From contig NZ_CP011041.1 of the NCBI RefSeq assembly GCF_002310835.1, positions 900,001 through 932,000 on the forward strand: a stretch of DNA of 32,000 nt, read 5' to 3'. The notes under the pieces were generated by a model, which was given only the letters and a program-made list of their open reading frames with translations, made no database searches and was not told where the DNA came from. Of this stretch, positions 24,329 to 32,000 are shown in pieces; within the stretch, counting starts at the first letter, position 1, and each line of letters begins with the position of its first letter. Position numbers and translations under genes: made by a program. The stretch is from Pseudoalteromonas tetraodonis (GTDB taxonomy: Bacteria > Pseudomonadota > Gammaproteobacteria > Enterobacterales > Alteromonadaceae).

Positions 24329-24396
24329 CGCTTTCTTTTTGGCTGTAATCGTAAAGCTAAATTAGCGTCTACAGCCAATACTAGTGCAGGGATGCA

Positions 24397-25776
24397 TTAG
24401 GTATTTTTATGATAATTTTGCTCTAGTGAATATAGTTTGTGCCTAATTAGAAATAAAAACACTAATGAGGGTAAAACCATAAGCGCAGTTAATACAAAGA
24501 ACAATGACCAATTCCCCATTAGCCAATCATCAATAACCACGCCACTGTAACTCGATAATAACGTACGCCCTAAGTTGCCCAATGATGCCAATAGCGCATA
24601 ATGAGTAGCGCTAAACGCTCTGTCACACAGCATAGATATAAAAGCAACCATTGCCACTAAAGACCAAGCTTGGGTAAAGCCATCAACTACAATTGCCATT
24701 GCATATAAGTGCTCTTGTGGACCAGCTAAGGCAATCCAAGAAAACATTAAGTTAGATGCTGCCATGGCTACGCCACTAATAAATAAGCCTTTCACAATGC
24801 CATATTTATGGTTAAAAATACTGCCCAAAAAGGCAAATACAATGGTAATTAACCCCGTGCCGAGTTTTGAGTAATTTGCTATTTGCGTATTACTAAAGCC
24901 AACTTCTTTATAAAATACAATCGACATCCGCGCTAAAAATGCTTCACCAATCTTAAATAAGAAAATAAACGCCAGCAGCGCCAACGCGGTTTTAACGCCA
25001 TTTTTAGCAAAAAAGGTTTTAAACGGATCAACCACGGTAACGCCTAGCCATGCGAGCGTTTTTGTCAGTGGTGTTTGTTTAGTTGCGGCGAGTTTTTCAA
25101 GATAAACACGTTCTAGTTCGGCATGTACGGCTTCGCGATTTGATTGTGGCTCTTTAGCCCAAAATACACAGCTAATTAATAACAGCATAATCGCGGATAA
25201 AAAATAATACACCTGTGGCCAGTCAATATTTGGCATATCAGCCATGTAAAAAGGCACAGCTCCTAATAAAGCATAGCCAGTCCACCAACCTGAGGTGGCC
25301 ATTGCAGCAGCCGCAGTGGCTTTGTGAGATTCATTTTCACTAAGGGTGTCTATTCGAAAGGCGTCAATTGCAATATCTTGCGTGGCAGAGGCTATGGCGA
25401 TTAACAAGCAAAGTGCGGCGGCAACCGCTAGGTTTGCTTTCAAATCAAGTCCTGCAAGTAGCAATGTGCCAAGCAAAATAAAGCTTTGGCAAAACAGTAT
25501 CCAACTACGGCGCTGACCAAGCCAATTATATAAAAAGGGCAGTTTAGTGCGGTCTATTAAAGGTGACCATAAAAAGTTGATGCTGTAGGCACCAAACACA
25601 ATGCCAAATAGGCCAATCATGCTGCGGCTCAAACCTTCATCTTTAAGCCATGCCGACATTACTGAGCCAATTAATACCCACGGAAAGCCACTGCTCATTC
25701 CAAATATAAAAACATTAATCAAACGTTTATCTTTAAAATAAGAAAAGTATTCGCTAACAGAAAGTGTGCTATTCAT
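24397..25776 (-). CDS. ampG: MFS muropeptide permease AmpG
   Basis: 459 aa with 12-14 TM helices. The AmpG-like N-terminus is FIFGMSSGFPWVLIGSVMSAWLKDEG...LWSPLIDR. It lies downstream of yajG, as in E. coli. Confidence 0.88.
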   Translation of the reverse strand: MNSTLSVSEYFSYFKDKRLINVFIFGMSSGFPWVLIGSVMSAWLKDEGLSRSMIGLFGIVFGAYSINFLWSPLIDRTKLPFLYNWLGQRRSWILFCQSFILLGTLLLAGLDLKANLAVAAALCLLIAIASATQDIAIDAFRIDTLSENESHKATAAAAMATSGWWTGYALLGAVPFYMADMPNIDWPQVYYFLSAIMLLLISCVFWAKEPQSNREAVHAELERVYLEKLAATKQTPLTKTLAWLGVTVVDPFKTFFAKNGVKTALALLAFIFLFKIGEAFLARMSIVFYKEVGFSNTQIANYSKLGTGLITIVFAFLGSIFNHKYGIVKGLFISGVAMAASNLMFSWIALAGPQEHLYAMAIVVDGFTQAWSLVAMVAFISMLCDRAFSATHYALLASLGNLGRTLLSSYSGVVIDDWLMGNWSLFFVLTALMVLPSLVFLFLIRHKLYSLEQNYHKNT

Positions 25777-25829
25777 AGGGGCTCATTGGCTTATACAAAG
25801 AGCAGCTAAGGCTGCTCTTATTAAAAAAG

Positions 25830-26450
25830 TTATAAAGGAACTTGCTCAAGCACCTTAATATTTAATATAACGACCGGTTTTTCGGGTACAAAGTTGTAGC
25901 CAATTTTGTCATTAAATCCGGTTTTTACAGCCATGATTTTATCGAGTGTTTCATAGCCTTCCATCACACTGCCAAACACTGCAAATCCCCAATCACGGCC
26001 AGGGTTTAAATGATCGTTATCATCCATATTAAAAAAGAACTGACGCGTTCCTGAGTGTGGTTCACGGTCTTGATAAGCCATCGCAATGCTATACATATCA
26101 TTTGTTAAGCCGTTACCGCTTTCATTAAAAATAGGGTCGTTTTCATGTAGGCCATCGTAATCTTTATCATAACCACCGCCTTGAATTACAAAGTCACGAT
26201 CATTTTCTACGTCGCGTTCTACACGATGAAACACACTACCTTGATAGCTTTTATCCGACACGTACGTTAAAAAATTATTGACAGTAATAGGAGCTCTTGA
26301 TCGGTCTAATTCAACCACAATGCTGCCCAACGATGTCACAATTTCTACCCGAGGAAAAATGTTATCTTTTTGCACAAAACGACCCTCTTGAGCCGCTAAG
26401 CTACTAACGCTAAATAATAAGCTTACGCAGATTAAAAAAAGTTGCTTCAT
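25830..26450 (-). CDS. ppiA: Periplasmic cyclophilin-type peptidyl-prolyl cis-trans isomerase
   Basis: 206 aa with a signal peptide. Cyclophilin motifs are FHRV...FVIQGGG, SIAMA and FGSV.EG..TLDKI. Confidence 0.85.
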   Translation of the reverse strand: MKQLFLICVSLLFSVSSLAAQEGRFVQKDNIFPRVEIVTSLGSIVVELDRSRAPITVNNFLTYVSDKSYQGSVFHRVERDVENDRDFVIQGGGYDKDYDGLHENDPIFNESGNGLTNDMYSIAMAYQDREPHSGTRQFFFNMDDNDHLNPGRDWGFAVFGSVMEGYETLDKIMAVKTGFNDKIGYNFVPEKPVVILNIKVLEQVPL

Positions 26451-26452
26451 TG

Positions 26453-27013
26453 TTAACCTTCTAAAAATGCAATTAATTCTGGGTCAGATACAATGCGGGT
26501 AATTAACTGCTCAGTCAACTTATTGAGCTGACCTTCAACTTTTGCCCTATCGTGACCAAGCGGACCAGATAAATTAGCATTACCGCTGTAGCGTTTACTA
26601 AAATTACTGGTCGGGCGAATCACCCGCACTTCAAACTCAATCTTGGCTTCACTGGTATGGCTCATTAGCGTTTCTGTAACTACCGCTTGCAGCGTGTGAA
26701 TATCTAACTCAAAACGCAATTGCGCTAAATTAGAAATGCTGGCGCCATTGCGACTCAGTGCACTGTCTAGCGCACTTTTAACCGATTCAGTAATACCCGT
26801 ACTGGCAATGGTTTTGGTTTTGCTCGATTCAATTAGCTTTAAGGTTGCACTGTCACCACGTAAATCAATCACGCTGGTGTTTAAGCTGCTGTTTATTGAG
26901 CTTATTTGACCACTTTTATACACAGGGTTGAGAATAAGCTGATTAGGCTGATTGGCACACCCCGAAAAAACCACTAATGTACAACAGCTCAATAATGCTT
27001 TTAAGAGTTTCAT
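26453..27013 (-). CDS. yajG: YajG-family outer-membrane lipoprotein
   Basis: 186 aa. The lipobox is VVFSG-C. Size and position next to ampG match E. coli yajG. Confidence 0.75.
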   Translation of the reverse strand: MKLLKALLSCCTLVVFSGCANQPNQLILNPVYKSGQISSINSSLNTSVIDLRGDSATLKLIESSKTKTIASTGITESVKSALDSALSRNGASISNLAQLRFELDIHTLQAVVTETLMSHTSEAKIEFEVRVIRPTSNFSKRYSGNANLSGPLGHDRAKVEGQLNKLTEQLITRIVSDPELIAFLEG

Positions 27014-28162
27014 TTATAACGTCCCACTATTTTTAGTTGCGCTGAGTACCACAAACTTTTTATTAGAGCCTAATAAAGTACAGTTACCAAACATACGGTT
27101 TAGTTTGTCGTGGTAATCTAGATGGCGGTTACCAATAATACGCAGCTCGCCACCTTCTTTTAATGTGTCTTTTGCTTGCTTGAACATTTGCCATGCTATG
27201 TGGTCGGTAACCGCTTGTGCTTGGTGAAATGGCGGATTACACAATACAATATCAGCGCTTTTACGTTCAAAGTCAGTTAAACAATCATTCTCTATAAAAG
27301 TACATTGTTCAAACTTGTCTTCCATGTTTAATTCAATGTTGAGTCGAGCTGATTCAACCGCCATATATGATTCATCAACAAAGCTAATATGAGCATTAGG
27401 ACAGCGCGCTAATGTCATTAAACCAACCACGCCATTACCACAGCCTAAATCTATAATATTTTTGGCTTTATTTGTTTGTGGCAAATAATTAAAAAAGAAG
27501 CGCGCACCTATATCAAGTGAATCACGTGAAAACACATTGGCATGATTGCTTATTGTAAAATCAGTGCCTTCGAGTGGCCAGCTGACTGGGAAATCTGCGC
27601 CTTTATAACCGCCAGCGGCTTGGCTAATAATTAAGCGTGATTTTTTTACTGCGAGGCTTGTTTTCGTCTCACCAATAAAATCTTCAAATGCTTTAATCGT
27701 AGAGTTATGCACGTCTTTAGTTTTTGCTGCGCCAATAACCGGTGTACCGGGCGCCAGTACTTCGCTTAATTCAGATAACTGATATTGTAAAAAAGCCAAT
27801 GTGCGTGGTACTTTTACCAACACTAGGTCTACTTGTTCGGGCAAAGCCGATAAACTATCAAGCTGGCTAAACGCAGTTGCTGCAATTTTGTTTTGCGCTA
27901 AGTTATGAGCCGCCGCCTGATGGCTAATATAAGAGTCGTTTACTGAACAAACAGTTAATTGTTGTTTGCTAAAATAACAGCTAAGTGCACCAAAGCTGTC
28001 GTTTAAGATCAGTAACGAGCGACAATCAGGGTAGTGTTCATTAACATAGTCAATGAGGTATTCGTCTGCTGAATCCCACGCTTGTAAGCTGCGGTTTTTT
28101 TGATCCAAAGGAAAGCGTTCAAGAGTAAAGGTGTTATCGCCGAGCGTAGCTTGCGTAGTCAT
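27014..28162 (-). CDS. rlmG: 23S rRNA (guanine1835-N2)-methyltransferase RlmG
   Basis: 382 aa, collinear with E. coli RlmG: LQAWDSADEYL, ILNDSFGALSC, HANVFSRDSLDIGARFF, DLGCGNGV, LCNPPFHQ, NRHLDYH and FGNC...NKKFVVL. Confidence 0.93.
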   Translation of the reverse strand: MTTQATLGDNTFTLERFPLDQKNRSLQAWDSADEYLIDYVNEHYPDCRSLLILNDSFGALSCYFSKQQLTVCSVNDSYISHQAAAHNLAQNKIAATAFSQLDSLSALPEQVDLVLVKVPRTLAFLQYQLSELSEVLAPGTPVIGAAKTKDVHNSTIKAFEDFIGETKTSLAVKKSRLIISQAAGGYKGADFPVSWPLEGTDFTISNHANVFSRDSLDIGARFFFNYLPQTNKAKNIIDLGCGNGVVGLMTLARCPNAHISFVDESYMAVESARLNIELNMEDKFEQCTFIENDCLTDFERKSADIVLCNPPFHQAQAVTDHIAWQMFKQAKDTLKEGGELRIIGNRHLDYHDKLNRMFGNCTLLGSNKKFVVLSATKNSGTL

Positions 28163-28205
28163 AATAGTTTAATGATCGGTAATCAAATGATAGGTAAATT
28201 CTAAC

Positions 28206-28805
28206 ATGCAACCGCCAAACGCCAACCCCCAACTGTTACCAAATGGCTTTTCTTATCAAAGTAGGGTGCTTAGTGCGCAAAAAAGCCTCGGTTTATTTTA
28301 TTATTTGCAGCAAAACTTAAATTGGCAACAACCAAATATCACGGTGTTTGGCAAAACGGGGCCAATACCAAGGTTGCAATGTTTTATCAGCGAAGAGAAT
28401 CTTGAGTACGGCTATTCTGGGCATAAACTCGATTTAGAGCCTTGGCCAGACGTATTACTTGCTATGCGAACACGTTTAGAAAATTACCTACAGCAACCGT
28501 TTAATTCAATTTTGGTTAATTACTATCGAGATGGCCACGATAGTATGGGCTGGCATAGTGATGACGAAGCTGAGCTTGGCCCTGAGCCTACCATAGCCTG
28601 TGTATCGCTTGGCTCAGAGCGATTATTTAAACTTAAACACAAAGTAAGCAACAGCATTACTAACATTAAATTACAAAGTGGTAGTTGTTTAATAATGAGC
28701 GGACAGAGCCAACAAAATTACCAGCATGCGCTACCAAAACAAACAACACTTAAACACCCGCGGATCAGTTTAACGTTTCGCTATATTAATAATGGTTTCA
28801 GTTAA
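28206..28805 (+). CDS. alkB: AlkB-family Fe(II)/2-oxoglutarate-dependent dioxygenase (nucleic-acid demethylase)
   Basis: 199 aa. NSILVNYYRDGHDSMGWHSDDE (HxD), QHALP (distal His) and RISLTFR (2OG-binding Arg). Confidence 0.85.
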   Translation: MQPPNANPQLLPNGFSYQSRVLSAQKSLGLFYYLQQNLNWQQPNITVFGKTGPIPRLQCFISEENLEYGYSGHKLDLEPWPDVLLAMRTRLENYLQQPFNSILVNYYRDGHDSMGWHSDDEAELGPEPTIACVSLGSERLFKLKHKVSNSITNIKLQSGSCLIMSGQSQQNYQHALPKQTTLKHPRISLTFRYINNGFS

Positions 28806-28873
28806 ATAGCATTAGCCATGGTGTAGCCGCAGTTGTTATAGTAACCATATAACTGAATTTTGAGGGTGGTTTT

Positions 28874-29185
28874 ATGTCAATGCAACAACAAATACGTGAC
28901 AAGCTAGCAAATGCTATTGCGTGTAAGCATTTAAATGTTATTAACGAAAGCCATATGCACAGTGCAGGCACTGAATCACACTTTAAAGTGATTGTAGTTA
29001 GTGAGGAATTTGCTGGTAAGCGATTATTGCAGCGTCATCGTCAAATTAATGAAATTTTAAAAGATGAGCTGGCAAATCATATTCATGCGCTTGCGATGCA
29101 CACTTATACTCCTGAGGAATTTACAGAGCACGACGGCGAAGCGCCGCAGTCACCTAATTGCATGGGCGGCTCAAAAGTTGGATAA
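28874..29185 (+). CDS. bolA: BolA-family protein
   Basis: 103 aa. The BolA core is ESHMH...SHFKVIVVSEEFAGKRLLQRHRQINEIL....IHALAMHTYTPEE. Confidence 0.9.
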   Translation: MSMQQQIRDKLANAIACKHLNVINESHMHSAGTESHFKVIVVSEEFAGKRLLQRHRQINEILKDELANHIHALAMHTYTPEEFTEHDGEAPQSPNCMGGSKVG

Positions 29186-29216
29186 CAGGTATAGTGAATT
29201 GGTTTGAGCAGTGAGT

Positions 29217-29239
29217 AACTGATCAGATCAGTTTTTTTT
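29217..29239 (+). terminator. Rho-independent terminator after bolA
   Basis: AACTGAT-cag-ATCAGTTTTTTTT. Confidence 0.7.
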
Positions 29240-29293
29240 GTTTTAGCCTTTAAACTAGCGCTAATTTTTATTGTAAAAGATATAGGATGATCA

Positions 29294-30487
29294 ATGGTCA
29301 TTAAGCCTAAAATTCGCGGATTTATCTGCACCAATGCACACCCAGTAGGCTGTGCAGAGCATGTACAAGAACAAATTAATTATGTTAAGCAGCAAGGGGC
29401 GTTAAAAAATGCACCTAAAAATGTATTAGTTATTGGTGCGTCTACAGGTTATGGCCTAGCGTCTCGCATTACCGCTGCATTTGGTGGTGGCGCTAAAACA
29501 TTAGGTGTTTTCTTTGAAAAAGAAGGCACTGAGCGTAAAACAGGCTCTGCGGGTTGGTATAATACGGCGGCGTTTCAAGCAGCCGCTGAAGCTGAAGGTT
29601 TATGGTCAAAAAATATTAATGGTGATGCGTTTTCTAACGAAATTAAACAAAAAGCAATCGACACCATTAAAGCTGAATTAGGTAAAGTTGACTGTATTAT
29701 TTACAGCTTAGCGTCACCTCGTCGTACTGATCCAAATACCGGCGAAGTGTTTTCTTCAACGCTTAAGCCAATTGGTAATGCGGTAACCACTAAAAACTTG
29801 AATACGTCAAAGCGTGAAATTGATGAAGTAACTGTTGAAGCGGCAAACCAAGACGATATCGACAACACCATTAAAGTAATGGGTGGCGAAGATTGGGAAA
29901 TGTGGATTGACGCACTTAAGAACGCTGATGTACTCGCAGATAACTTTAAAACCACGGCTTACACTTATATTGGTAAAGAACTAACGTGGCCAATTTACGG
30001 TCATGCAACAATTGGTAAAGCCAAAGAAGATTTAGACCGTGCCACTGCTGCTATTAAAGCTGCTACCCAAGATTTAAATGGTGAAGCCTACGTTTCATCG
30101 CTTAATGCGGTTGTTACTCAAGCAAGCTCTGCAATTCCAATCATGCCACTTTATATTTCTGCCTTATTTAAAGTGATGAAGGCTGATGGCACGTATGAAG
30201 GCACCATTGAGCAAATTCATGCGCTATTTAGTGAGAACTTATATGGTGATTCACCTCGCTTTGATGAGGGCGGGCATTTATTCCAAAACTATAAAGAACT
30301 GGAAGATGATGTTCAATCTCGCGTTCAAGCCATTTGGGATAGTGTAGATACAAACTCAATTGATGAATTAACCGATTATATTGGTTACCATAATGAATTT
30401 TTACGCTTGTTTGGTTTTGGTATTGACGCGGTTGATTATGAACAAGATGTAAATCCTGTTGCACCTATTGCTAATATGATTGACTAA
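29294..30487 (+). CDS. fabV: Enoyl-[acyl-carrier-protein] reductase FabV (triclosan-refractory type)
   Basis: 397 aa. The N-terminus MVIKPKIRGFICTNAHPVGC is near-identical in pattern to Vibrio FabV. Also present are VLVIGASTGYGLASRI (Rossmann) and YSLASPRR. Confidence 0.95.
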   Translation: MVIKPKIRGFICTNAHPVGCAEHVQEQINYVKQQGALKNAPKNVLVIGASTGYGLASRITAAFGGGAKTLGVFFEKEGTERKTGSAGWYNTAAFQAAAEAEGLWSKNINGDAFSNEIKQKAIDTIKAELGKVDCIIYSLASPRRTDPNTGEVFSSTLKPIGNAVTTKNLNTSKREIDEVTVEAANQDDIDNTIKVMGGEDWEMWIDALKNADVLADNFKTTAYTYIGKELTWPIYGHATIGKAKEDLDRATAAIKAATQDLNGEAYVSSLNAVVTQASSAIPIMPLYISALFKVMKADGTYEGTIEQIHALFSENLYGDSPRFDEGGHLFQNYKELEDDVQSRVQAIWDSVDTNSIDELTDYIGYHNEFLRLFGFGIDAVDYEQDVNPVAPIANMID

Positions 30488-30511
30488 CTTGTCGCTGATA
30501 ACGCATTTTTG

Positions 30512-30537
30512 AAAAAGTCGCCTTGTGCGGCTTTTTT
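30512..30537 (+). terminator. Rho-independent terminator after fabV
   Basis: AAAAAGTCGC-cttgt-GCGGCTTTTTT. Confidence 0.75.
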
Positions 30538-30716
30538 GTTTTTTAGCTTTGATTTAAAAAAATATTTGCTAATTGTTGGCTAATTTACCACTTTGGTCTA
30601 GCTTGTATTTTATTAATTGTTAATTACAAAACTAAATAAACGTTTCTCTCGTATAATTTTCATAAATACACTCGCATAGTCAGCCACAATAATGTTAAAA
30701 TCAAAGTAATATGTGA

Positions 30717-32000
<1,284 letters not shown>

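Overview
The window looks like a chromosomal core segment of a low-GC marine gammaproteobacterium. Na+-NQR, FabV and Alteromonadales/Vibrio-like protein sequences suggest this, and the assignment is inference only. I call about 25 protein genes, nearly all housekeeping: putA with a divergent Lrp-type regulator, ygiM, ygiF, a START-domain gene, an S10 peptidase, glnK-amtB, mrcB, an Oar-like TonB-dependent receptor, hemL, pyrB, hemJ, a ClC channel, erpA, ampG, a cyclophilin, yajG, rlmG, alkB, bolA, fabV and the 5' part of nqrA. Gene order parallels the E. coli neighbourhoods mrcB-fhu-hemL-clcA-erpA and ampG-yajG-bolA, with lineage-specific insertions. I saw no rRNA, tRNA, CRISPR array, transposase, integrase or recognisable defence operon. 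The most unusual object is a roughly 265-bp, highly structured, non-coding element with 30-bp terminal inverted repeats at 10037-10301. It splits an orphan tandem-receiver (REC-REC) response-regulator gene, and removing it exactly restores one open frame. A shorter palindrome upstream of mrcB shares the core of the same repeat. Secondary observations are listed below. (1) The second REC domain is a pseudo-receiver. (2) The glnK sigma54/NtrC control region has an enhancer site that doubles as the upstream terminator hairpin. (3) A hairpin plus U-tract lies in the leader of a pyrI-less pyrB placed between heme genes. (4) Several terminators are near-identical, extended and perfectly palindromic. 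(5) A small XRE plus mini-membrane-protein islet lies between erpA and ampG. (6) ygiF is translationally coupled to a START-domain gene. All functional calls rest on reading the translated ORFs and recognising motifs. No database search was run.
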